From the NCBI GenBank assembly GCA_041779175.1, contig JBHBSX010000040.1:1-30297 (forward strand): a stretch of 30,297 nt of DNA. The letters run 5' to 3'. The first letter of the stretch is position 1. Each line of letters starts with the position of its first letter. This document shows positions 9,719 to 19,476 of the stretch, piece after piece. The notes under the pieces were generated by a model. The model worked only from the letters and a program-made list of their open reading frames with translations. It was not told the origin of the DNA and searched no databases. The translations under genes were made by a program, and so were the position numbers. The stretch is from Candidatus Altimarinota bacterium (GTDB lineage: Bacteria > Patescibacteriota > Gracilibacteria > BD1-5 > UBA2023).

Positions 9719-10264
9719 TTATTTACAGGTAAAAGTGCGAAAAAGGTCAATGATGGATTTTATTTCTGTTCATAGGGCTACGCTTGCATGCATAAGATAT
9801 ACACGCGTTCCACAAAATTTAGCTGTTTGTACGAACTTGAGTTTCTGGGTTTGAGCATTATATTTGGCATTGAATACAAAATACTTTGACGCATCGCTGT
9901 CTCCAAATAAAATATCACTTTTTTCTAATTGTTGATATTCAAGATATTTTCCTTGAGTTTTGAGATTATTTTGTTCGCTGTATTGAACAGAAGTGCCAAT
10001 ATAACCAGGAACATCCTCGATAATAATAATATTATTAGAGAAGTTATATTTTTTTTCAGGAGAAATTGAGGTGAGTACAACATTTCCATTTGCTGGAGAA
10101 GGTAAATCAGTAATGTTGCCACTTGAAGTCCAGTGTTCTGGTACTTGTATGGTAAAGCCAGAACCAGAAAATTCTTTAGTAGTGATTCCAGAGACTTGAG
10201 AGCTGGAGTTTCCACAAGATACGAGAGGGATTAAAAAGACAAAAAGAAGAAAAAATTTTTTCAT
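9719..10264 (-). CDS. Hypothetical lipoprotein (possibly PsbP/DcrB-like fold), 181 aa
   Basis: MKKFFLLFVFLIPLVSC lipobox. The GFTIQVPEHW segment resembles PsbP-like domains. Extended through the TGA at 9770 to TAA at 9721-9719. Confidence 0.75.
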
Positions 10265-10274
10265 AAAAAATAAA

Positions 10275-10631
10275 TTATAAAATTCCAAGATGTACTATAA
10301 GTGCAAATACACTAAAAATAATTGAAAACACTGCTGCTATAATGAGAAAAATCTTTTTTTCAGGAAAATGAGTTCCAACAAAAAACTCCACCAGAGAATA
10401 ACCAAAAAAAGCAGTAGATATGACAAGAAGTGAATACATATGATATGTAAGCTTCGCAAGTGAGTCGAGACTGAGAAAAGGGAGATAAAAACCTCAAACA
10501 GTAAAAAGATAGCTCAAAAAATATAAAGTTACTGTAAAAACAAAAATTTGTTTTGCGATTACAAAGCGGATTTTACTGTATTCAGAGAGGTTTTTTGTAA
10601 GTCTTTCTTGAATTTCCTTGATTTTTGACAT
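10275..10631 (-). CDS. Small hypothetical membrane protein (about 3 TM), 118 aa; absent from the ORF track
   Basis: MSKIKEIQERLTKNLSEYSKIRFVIAKQIFVFTVTLYFLSYLFTV[G]GFY...VHLGIL, then TAA 10 nt before the lipoprotein ATG. Confidence 0.7.
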
Positions 10632-10669
10632 AAATTTTATAAAATCATTTGTGTTTATTATATTGAAAA

Positions 10670-10951
10670 ATGACTCTTACACAAGAACAAATTACAAGAC
10701 TTGGAAAATTAACTGCTCTCCAAGCGAATTCTTACATAGAAATTGATAGTGTTTTACAGTCACTTGACTCTATTGCACAAGCAAATATTGAGGATGTATC
10801 TCATATTTCTCGCTCTGGAAATTCATCACTCACACCACGTGAAGATATAATCATTGAAAATGAATCTCTTCCAGATGAACTTTTAGCATGTTCACCACAA
10901 AAAAAGGCAGCTCATCAAATTGTGCTTGCTGGTATTATGCAGGGAGAATAA
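10670..10951 (+). CDS. gatC: Asp/Glu-tRNA amidotransferase subunit C
   Basis: MTLTQEQITRLGKL start, PREDII, and a C-terminus and size typical of GatC. Confidence 0.7.
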   Translation: MTLTQEQITRLGKLTALQANSYIEIDSVLQSLDSIAQANIEDVSHISRSGNSSLTPREDIIIENESLPDELLACSPQKKAAHQIVLAGIMQGE

Positions 10952-10952
10952 A

Positions 10953-12014
10953 ATGTTGGAAAGTCTTATTTTGACGAGTTTTCGAGGAATGCAGAATCAG
11001 AATTTTTCTTTTTGACTAAAAAATCATATTATAGGAAAAAATGGTTCTGGCAAAACACATATTCTCGATGCTATACATCTTTTAACTTGAGCAAAAAATT
11101 TATACGGAAATACAAAGTTGGATGCTGGTGACCGTGTTGAGATTTTTTTTGAAAAAAATTTTCAAAAAATTTCATATACTCTTGCTTCTGATGAGAAACG
11201 AGAGTATTTTTTGATTCAATGAAAAAAAATAACGAAACCAAAATATTTGGAAGAATTACCTTTTCGAACAGTATATGTCTCTCCATTTGATATGAATATT
11301 TTGTATTTTTCACCAGCAATGCGACGAGACTATTTGGATGATATTCTTGCTCGTTCATATGCACAATTTGGAAAAATAAAACGAGACTTTGAAAGTGTTA
11401 TGAAACAAAGAAATGCACTTTTAAAAAAAATTCGTGAAGAAAATGTGTGAGAAGATTTTTTGGATTTTTGGGATAAAAAATTTGCGGAAATTGCTGTTAT
11501 TTATGGTATGTATAGGGAAAAATATATTCAATATATTTTTCAAAAAATTTCAGATTTTCCAGAATTTTTTTGACAATATCATATTACTATCAAGTATACT
11601 GGAGATTGGATATATCAGGAAAATCCAGAACTTTTTATTCAAAAATATTTAAAAGAAAATAGAAAACGAGATATTTTTTCTGGTCATACACATATAGGTC
11701 CACATAGGGATGATTTTGAAATTTTAATGAAAAATTCTCAAGAAGAATTACAATCTGTACAATTTTTTTTATCAAGATGAGAGATGAAAATGATTTTATT
11801 ATGATTGAAAGTAATAGAATGTGATTTTATAGCAAAACAAACGGAAAAACATATGGTTTTATTGGTTGATGATATATTTGCAGAACTTGACGAAAATAAT
11901 ATTCTGATTTTCTTAAATATTATTATACAACATCAAATCATTTTGACAAGTCAAAAACCGCTTCCAAACGCGATAAATCCTGAAAAATATACTTGCATAA
12001 ATTTAAGTATTTAG
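10953..12014 (+). CDS. recF: DNA replication/repair protein RecF, 353 aa
   Basis: GKNGSGKT, SPAMRRDYLD, QRNALLK, GPHRDD, LSRGE and LLVDDIFAELD. Single frame with TGA=Gly, TAG stop. Confidence 0.93.
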
Positions 12015-12048
12015 TATTATATTATAAGTTTTTTCTCTAATATTTTTT

Positions 12049-13707
12049 ATGTTCAAAAAAATTCTTTCTTTTTTGCTGGCAACCTCGCTGGTTGTTCCAG
12101 CTGTTGGATTTGCTCCAATGGCGTCAGCTGCATCAGGAGGTGCTGTTAAATTTCAGATTACCGCCCCAGCAACAGCAGTTGTAGATGAGGCTTTTGATAT
12201 TACGGTGACTGCTATTGATGCTAATGGTAATAAGGCCACAGGTTATACAAATTCCATTATCTTTAATACGGATAATATTGGTGATACATATCCAATGCCA
12301 GGTCGCGCTATTCCTTTTACGGCTGAAGATGCGGGTGAAAAAAAATTTTCTAAAGGAGTATCCTTTAAGAGAACTGGTAAAAATAAGATCTATGTTAATG
12401 ATTTGAGCGATGATATTGCCGGAGAGGTAACTATTATGGTTGAAGCTGCTGGATCTTCCACGGTTGCATCAGGTTCTGAAATTACTATTCTTACGCCTAT
12501 TGCTGATTCCAAGATCACAACGGATATGGTACTAGTAAGCGGAACAACCCGCAAAAATAGCAAGGTTTCTCTTGAACTAAATGGCCAAGGGGTTGGAACG
12601 GTAGTCTCTGATGCTGAATGATTGTTCACAAAAGAAATTCAGGGAATTTCCCAGGAAAATAATATATTGAAGGCTTCATTGCTTGATGCAACGGATGCTG
12701 TGATTTCTACCTCTTCAGAGATAAAATTTTCTAAAACAACAGAAACAAACTCAATTTATGGAGTATCTATTGTACCAGGAACAAATGTGGAAGCTTCTAC
12801 AGAAATGACAATAACTATTGATGCTGTTAAAGGGTTGTCTGAAGTTACTGCCATGCTTGATGGTTCACTTCTCAAGGCTACAGAATCTTCTGAAGGAAAA
12901 TATACTATCAAAACAAATGCTCCACAGAAAGAAGGGGAATATCCAATTGATATTACTGCAAAGACCATTACAGGTCAATCGATAACAAAAGAAAAAATGG
13001 TAACACTAACAGTAGTTCCAAAAAAGGTAGAGGCAGCTATTGCTACAGGATCTACTGATGTTCCTGTGAAAGCTGAATTTAAAGATATAAAAACAGAAAC
13101 AAAAGATGCTCGTGTAACATTTACTTTTTCTGTTGAAAATCCTCCAGCTGAGCTTGATGCATTTGAAATTTCTCATGCATCGGGATCTATCACGACGTAT
13201 TCTGGTTCTAAAATTCTTAAAGATGGAAAATATTCTTGGTATATAGACAATCTTTCTCCAGGGCAATATACATTTAAGATCCAAGGAAAAAATGCTAGTG
13301 GCGCATTAATGGAAAATCTTATTTCTGAACCACTTATTGCCACTATTGGAACGCCTACTTGTACTATTTCAAATGTGTGAACAATTTCCCTTAATACAGA
13401 CTCAAGCAAGACTGTACTTTCTTGGCCTATTGTTGAAGGAGCGACAGGATATAATATATACAAGGTTGACACTAATGGAAAGTATAGCCTGGTAACAAAA
13501 ACAAAAGATCCTTCTTATACAGTGTATTTGTCTCAAGGTGCAGTGACATATGGGGATTTTGCAGTAAAAGCAACATGTGGAGATAATACAGAATCTGCTG
13601 ATTATTCCAAGATTTCTAAGGTACAAACAGGTCCTGGTGCCATTGCATTTATTGTAATTATTTCTGCAATTATTGCTATAGTTTTCCTTCGTCGTAAAAC
13701 AGTGTAA
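12049..13707 (+). CDS. Secreted Ig-like multi-domain surface protein with C-terminal sorting-like signal, 552 aa
   Basis: Signal peptide ending ASA, beta-rich T/S/V domains, C-terminal KVQTGP + hydrophobic helix + RRK. Two TGAs read through. Confidence 0.8.
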
Positions 13708-13740
13708 AAATACGTTTTTTAAGAAAAAACATATTTTCGT

Positions 13741-13768
13741 TTGACAATTTTAATATTTTCTATAAAAT
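13741..13768 (+). promoter_or_regulatory. Putative promoter of the rpsT-infC-rpmI-rplT operon
   Basis: TTGACA-16-TAAAAT. Confidence 0.6.
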
Positions 13769-13816
13769 ACGCCCACTATTGTGCGTAATAGCCTATTATT
13801 TATTTGATTTTTCTTT

Positions 13817-14080
13817 ATGCCTACTACAAAAGCAGCGACAAAAGCCTTGAAGGTGAGTCAAAAAAAGCGTTCTCGTAACCGCCGTTATCTAGAACTTTTT
13901 AAAGAAGCAACAAAAAAATTCCAAGCAGCAGTTGCTGAAGGAAATGCTGCTTCTATTGCAGAAAATCTTTCTTTGGTGTATTCTCGTATTGATACACTTG
14001 AAAAGAAAAATATTATCCACAAGAATAATGCAGCACGTAAAAAATCTGCTTTTGCAAAATCACTAAAAAACAACGGATAA
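13817..14080 (+). CDS. rpsT: 30S ribosomal protein S20
   Basis: MPTTKAATKALKVSQKKRSRNR...IDTLEKKNIIHKNNAARKKS. Confidence 0.95.
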   Translation: MPTTKAATKALKVSQKKRSRNRRYLELFKEATKKFQAAVAEGNAASIAENLSLVYSRIDTLEKKNIIHKNNAARKKSAFAKSLKNNG

Positions 14081-14083
14081 TAT

Positions 14084-14632
14084 ATGAGAAGAACGAAAAG
14101 TTTTCCACAAAATAGAAAAGATGATAAGCGAATAAATGGAGATATTACTGCTTCAAATATCGCTGTAATTTCTGATGGGGGTGAATTTTTATGAAAAATG
14201 TCTCTTGATGATGCATTGGCTCTTGCAGAAAAACAAGAACTTGATTTAGTTGAAATGGGTGGCATGCAAGATGGTTTGCCACTTTGTAAAATCATGGACT
14301 ATGGGAAGTATGTTTTTAAGCAACAAAAACAACAAGCTCAAAATAAGAGTCAAGCCAAGAAAACAGAAGTAAAATCCATGAAGCTTACATATAAAATGTG
14401 AGATCATGATTTGGAAGTTCGTCGTAAACAAGCAGAAAAATGGGCAAAAGACGGTAATCCTATGAAGGTATTTCTTCAGCTTCGAGGTCGAGAGAATCAA
14501 TATGAGGATCTTGCTCTGGAAAAAATTGAAGAATTTATCATAAGTGTTGAATCTTTTTATAAAAAAGACGAGAAATCAAAACTTCAAAAACAAGGAAATA
14601 CTTTCAATGTTATTCTTCATCCTAAAAAATAA
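14084..14632 (+). CDS. infC: Translation initiation factor IF-3, 182 aa
   Basis: [22 protein letters not shown], [G]DHDLEVR and LRGRE. Two TGA=Gly. Confidence 0.95.
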
Positions 14633-14651
14633 TTTTTTTACCTTATATATT

Positions 14652-14849
14652 ATGAAACTTAAAACTCACTCAGGAGCAAAAAAACGTGTTCGTGTTACAG
14701 GGACTGGGAAAATTATGGTAGATAAGACTGCAAAGCGCCACCTTCTTTCTCAGAAATCTACAAAAGCGAAAGGTCGCGATAAATACGGAAAAGTTATTTC
14801 TTCTGCAAACATGAAAGCAGCAAAATCTTCTCTTCCATATGCTGCATAA
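14652..14849 (+). CDS. rpmI: 50S ribosomal protein L35
   Basis: [20 protein letters not shown]...RHLL. Confidence 0.95.
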   Translation: MKLKTHSGAKKRVRVTGTGKIMVDKTAKRHLLSQKSTKAKGRDKYGKVISSANMKAAKSSLPYAA

Positions 14850-14876
14850 TTTTACCTTTAATAAACTCAATTTACT

Positions 14877-15224
14877 ATGACTCGTGTAAAACGTGGTGTA
14901 ATGACACACAAACGACATAAAAATGTTCTTGCACTTGCAAAAGGATATCGTCGTATGAACGGGAATGTATACTCTCGTGCTAAGAATGCAATTATGAAAG
15001 CTGGTCAACATGCATACGTTGGTCGTCGTCTAAAAAAACGTCAATTCCGTCGTCTTTGGACAGTCCGTCTCAATAATGCAGTTCGCCCACTTGGAACAAA
15101 CTATTCAACATTTATTCACAATCTTTATGTGAATAAAATAAAATTGAATCGTAAGGTTCTTTCAAATCTTGCAATTTCAAACCCTCAAGTGTTTGAAGCA
15201 ATTGTAAAGAAAGTTACAAAATAA
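14877..15224 (+). CDS. rplT: 50S ribosomal protein L20
   Basis: MTRVKRG, AKGYR, GRRLKKRQFRRLW and LNRKVLSNLA. Confidence 0.97.
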   Translation: MTRVKRGVMTHKRHKNVLALAKGYRRMNGNVYSRAKNAIMKAGQHAYVGRRLKKRQFRRLWTVRLNNAVRPLGTNYSTFIHNLYVNKIKLNRKVLSNLAISNPQVFEAIVKKVTK

Positions 15225-15225
15225 T

Positions 15226-15245
15226 AATTCCCCGAAAGGGGAATT
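15226..15245 (+). terminator. Intrinsic terminator after rplT
   Basis: AATTCCCC-GAAA-GGGGAATT followed by TTATT. Confidence 0.75.
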
Positions 15246-15275
15246 TTATTCATTGAAATTATTTATATTTAGAAT

Positions 15276-15536
15276 ATGGAAAAAATCATAAAAGTGTGTC
15301 ATGGAAAAACATGTTCTGAAAAATTTTCAAAATATATTCTTGCTCGTCTTGAAGCAGATAAAGATTTTTATGGATATGAAAATATTTCTATTGAAAAGGG
15401 TATTTGTATGGGAAAATGTGATTTTTGACCAAATGTTAATATTGATTGAGAGATTTTTTCCGCACAAAATCCTGTAAAATCTTCTGAAATTCTTAAAAAG
15501 AAGGTTGAAGAATGGAAAAAACAATATAATTCTTAA
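15276..15536 (+). CDS. Thioredoxin-like [2Fe-2S] ferredoxin domain protein, 86 aa; absent from the ORF track
   Basis: VCHGKTC...GICMGKCDF[G]PNV, matching a Cx4C...Cx3C pattern. Confidence 0.8.
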
Positions 15537-15545
15537 TTATTTTTT

Positions 15546-16418
15546 ATGCCAAAGGTTTGATATGTAGCTATTTTGTGACGACCAAATGCTGGAAAATCAA
15601 CATTTATAAATGCTCTTATTTGAGAAAAAGTTTCAGCTATTTCTCCTCGTCCACAGACCACACAACGTTCCGTTACCGCGATTTATACTGATACAGAAAA
15701 GGATTTGCAAATTATTTTTCTTGATACTCCAGGTATTCATGAGGTTGATAAAAATTCGCTCAAAACCACACCAAATATCAATGAGAGAATCAATGCTGAG
15801 GCATTTGCTTCACTTCGTGAGGCTGATGTGGTACTTCGTCTCATTGATCCTACTCGTCCGCAATGAACAGAGGACGAGCGTATTGACGAAGTTCTTGATT
15901 TTGTCAACAAACCAGTAATTCGTGTAGAAACCAAGCAAGATCTTACCAAATCATATCCATGAAAAAATATCGATTTTAAAATTGATTCTACTTCATTGTC
16001 TGGTTTTTCTGATTTGATACAGAGAATTGCTGAATTGCTTCCGGAATGACCGTATTTGTATGATGAGGATTATTATACGGATCAGCCTATGGATTTTCGT
16101 ATTTCTGAGATTATTCGCGAGCAAATGTTTGCAGAACTATGAGACGAAATTCCTTATGCTTCATATGTAGAGATTGCTAATATTACCAATAATCCTGATT
16201 TATTGTCGGTGCAGGCATATATTCACACAGAAACAGAATCTCAGAAAAAAATTCTTATTGGAAAAGCGGGTTCAAAAATTGGTGAAATTGGAACAAAGTC
16301 GCGACTTCTTTTGGAGCAAATTTTTTGAAAAAAAATATTTCTTGGTTTGCGAGTAAAGGTTGATAAAAATTGGCGAAAAAATAATAAAACTCTTGAAAGA
16401 TTATTTCCAAAACGATAA
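15546..16418 (+). CDS. era: GTPase Era, 290 aa; absent from the ORF track
   Basis: V[G]YVAIL[G]RPNAGKST, PQTT, DTPG, TKQD, EIPY and KH motif ILIGKAG. Eight TGA=Gly. Confidence 0.96.
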
Positions 16419-16424
16419 AATACC

Positions 16425-17081
16425 ATGGTTGATTATAATCCATTTGCAAAAACATTTTCACAGAGTAGAAAAAATATGAAGTGGCCAGAATTGGATACAA
16501 TTCTTCAGGATATTCAAGAAAATAATTTTAAAAAAATTGTCGATATTGGATGTGGAAATGGTCGATTTGTCGAACAATATATGTCGAAGTTTGGCGAACT
16601 TCCGTCGAACTATACTGGTGTCGATGCATCAGAGATTCTTGTTCAGGAAGCGAAAAAAACATTTCCAAATCAAGAATTTATTGTGTCGACAATGCAAGAT
16701 TTTGTGTCAAAGTTGGCGAAGAAAATTGTCGATAATGTCGAAGATAAGTTTGACGCTATTGTGTTTTTGGCTTCATTTCATCACTTGGAAACAGAACAAG
16801 AAAGAATTCAAGTACTTTCTGATTGTAAAAAATTTTTGAAAAAAAATTGAAAAATATACCTCACAAATTGGAACTTACTTCCACAAGAAAAATATAAAAA
16901 TTCCCACACTGGCAATGGAGATTTTCAGATAAAAATTTGAGAATTTTATAGATACTATCATTGATTTAGTCTTGAAGAACTGGAATATATTTTTCATAAA
17001 AGTGGTTTTTATATTGAAAAAAATGAAATTTTTTCATGAGAAAGAAATATTTTTTCTATACTCACACATGAAATTTTGTAA
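16425..17081 (+). CDS. Class I SAM methyltransferase, Trm9/ALKBH8-like, 218 aa
   Basis: YNPFAKTFSQSR...WP, VDIGCGNGR, LASFHHL and C-terminal RYYH[G]F. Confidence 0.8.
16537..16743 (+). repeat. Intragenic array of short TG[T/G]CGA motifs
   Basis: GTCGA at 16539, 16561, 16569, 16583, 16604, 16620, 16685, 16728 and 16737, plus TTGGCGAA at 16591 and 16713. Confidence 0.85.
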
Positions 17082-17223
17082 AAATTTTTTGAAAATTTTT
17101 ACAAAATCAAAAAAATATATATAATCCTCATATGAATTGTCAGAACTTGTGTCATTTTCTTCTAAAAATTCCCCCACCTGTCTGGGGTTTTTAGAATTTT
17201 ATTTTATTTTTTAAAAAATTTTT

Positions 17224-17994
17224 ATGTGAAGATGACCAGTTGTGGCGGCAAAAAAAGATAAAAATGCCAAAGCAAAAGCAAAAGTGAATACTATTCACGC
17301 AAAACTTATTTCTATTGCAGCCGAAAAAGGGGCTGATCCTGATCTTAATACTTCCCTTACTGATGCTATTCATACTGCTAAAAAAGCTGGTGTAACGGCT
17401 GATGTTATTGAGCGTGCTATTGCTCGTGGTGCTGGACTTGATAAGGATGCAAAAAAAGTGGAAGAAATTTTCTATGAAGGATATGCTCCGGGTGGAATTG
17501 CCATTATTGTTCGTGCGCTTACCGACAACAGAAATCGTACCGCTCCAAATATTCGTCATATTTTTTCTGCTTTTGGTGGAAATCTTGGAGAAACAGGATC
17601 AGTTTCCAATTTTATGTTTGATTTTGTTGGAAGAATTGTTATTGCAAAGCCAGCTGATATGGAGGCTTTTGAAGAAAAAATTTTCGAAACTTCAGCAGAA
17701 GATTATGAGGTGGGAGATGAAAATATTGTGATTTGGATGGCAACAACAGCATTGATTGAAACGAAAAAAATTCTTGAATCCGCATCGTATGAAATTCTTG
17801 AATCGTCATTTTTTTACAGAGCCAAGAATTATACTCCAGTAACAGAATTTGATACCGCATTGAAACTATATAAAATGTTTGATGCTTTTAATGAGGATGA
17901 AGATGTAGAATTTGTATGCAATAATGCTGATATTGACGATGCACTTTGGGAAGAAGTAGAAAAATTCGTTAATGAAAAAAAATTCCGCACATAA
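17224..17994 (+). CDS. yebC: YebC/PmpR family protein, 256 aa
   Basis: M[G]R[G]P start, YEGYAPGG, TDNRNRT, GNLGETGSV and DEDV. Confidence 0.92.
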
Positions 17995-18044
17995 ATTTGA
18001 ATTTTTCATTTTTTCTTGTATAATATCCGAAAATAATTTTTATT

Positions 18045-18467
18045 ATGTCAGAAAATAATCAACAAAACGGTCAAAATCCGCAAACAATTCGACCAAAAAC
18101 TTTGAACACAGTAATTCAACAACGTATGGGGGTTCATCCTCTTACGAGTTTTGATGAGGCTAAATTCTTGGATTTATTGGAACACTCACTTTCACTTTCT
18201 ACTTTTGAAAAAAAGCGTGTGATTGATAGTATTCCTCAACTTTCACAATTTCAAATTGATGAATTGATGAAGGTTTTTGAAGATGAACGCGTAGAATTCC
18301 GTAAATTGGTTGCTACTGAAGGAGAGATTATTAAAGGTCTTGTAGTGAAAGCTCAAAATGAGTGGGAACAACTCAAGGATATTTATATTGAAGAAAAGAA
18401 AGCTGCTGAACAGGCACGACTCGACGCTGAAAAGGCTGATGAAATCAAAAAATCACTCGGATTATAA
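18045..18467 (+). CDS. Hypothetical acidic helical protein, 140 aa
   Basis: Uninterrupted ORF with codon usage like the housekeeping genes and its own promoter-like TTGAAT-16-TATAAT (17997-18024). Confidence 0.8.
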   Translation: MSENNQQNGQNPQTIRPKTLNTVIQQRMGVHPLTSFDEAKFLDLLEHSLSLSTFEKKRVIDSIPQLSQFQIDELMKVFEDERVEFRKLVATEGEIIKGLVVKAQNEWEQLKDIYIEEKKAAEQARLDAEKADEIKKSLGL

Positions 18468-18480
18468 TCTGAATGTTACT

Positions 18481-19473
18481 ATGTTTGTTGAAGTTATACC
18501 TCACTGAACATCGTTTTCTATAGAAGCCCTCACATATTTTGTGGGGACTTCTTTTCGTTCTCGGATACAAATTTGACAACTTGTGGAGATTCCGTATGGT
18601 AAAAAAACAATTTTTGGCATTGTTGCTCGTATCTTTTCTGAAGAAAATTTTTGAAAAAATTTTGATAATTCTGAAGAAACAGAGAATGTTGATAATTTTT
18701 CTCGAGTAATTCCATGAAAATTTGCCAGATTTTCCCAATGAGAAAATAATGAGAATAATGAAGAAAATTTTTTAAAAAATTTTCCTGAAATCAAAGAAAT
18801 ATCAAATATTGTTTCTGAAAAGCCAATTTTATCAGAATATCAAGTGACTATGATTTTGAGAATTTCTCTTAAATATATTCTCACTTTGCATAAGGCTTTG
18901 GGGATTTTTTTGTCAGAACCGATTTTGCGTCGTTTACAAAAATATTCTTTTCCTTTAGGAGAAAATCCAAAAATTTTCAAAAATTTTTTAGAAAAAAATG
19001 AAAAACAATATGATTTTTATATTTCAAAAAATGAGATTATTTCTCCAGAAAAAATTTTGCCATTTTTCAAAAAATCTTTGATAATTATATTGCCTGATGA
19101 TATTGTTTTGTCAAGATTTGAAAAATTTTTTGAAAAAAATTCTTGTGAATGGAATGATGCAATCGCTTTTTATCCTAATGATATGACTGATACCAAACGG
19201 GCGCAGGCATTTATTGATATTTACAATAAAAAAAGTGAAATTATTATTTGAACACGGAGACTTCTTCAGTATAATGTCTCGGCTTATGATGAAATTTGGT
19301 ATGTGGAGGATAGTTTTTCAAGTGAATACTATCACTATCCTGTGCGTATTGAGTATTTGGATTTTTTGGCACATATTGTTGATTCTTGAGAATTTTCTGT
19401 AAAGATTTTTTCAAGTATTCCAAAGCTTAAAACCTTATCACAATTTCATTTTTTTAAACTTCACCATTTTTAA
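18481..19473 (+). CDS. Truncated, degenerate PriA-like protein, 330 aa
   Basis: LTY...I[G]QLVEIPYGKK..FGIV (3'-DNA-binding domain), IILPD, III[G]TR, YVEDS and SSIP align with the N-terminal half of PriA. No Walker A, Zn knuckle or second helicase lobe. Confidence 0.7.
18639..18783 (+). repeat. 25-bp direct repeat pair 120 bp apart inside the PriA-like gene
   Basis: TGAAGAAAATTTTT(G/T)AAAAAATTTT at 18639 and 18759. Confidence 0.6.
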
Positions 19474-19476
19474 AAT

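Noticed and set aside
16537-16743. CRISPR array or LexA (CGAAC-N4-GTTCG) boxes as the explanation of the GTCGA cluster
   Set aside because: Repeats are 5-13 bp with irregular spacing and no cas genes. There is no complete palindromic SOS box, and the location is mid-gene.
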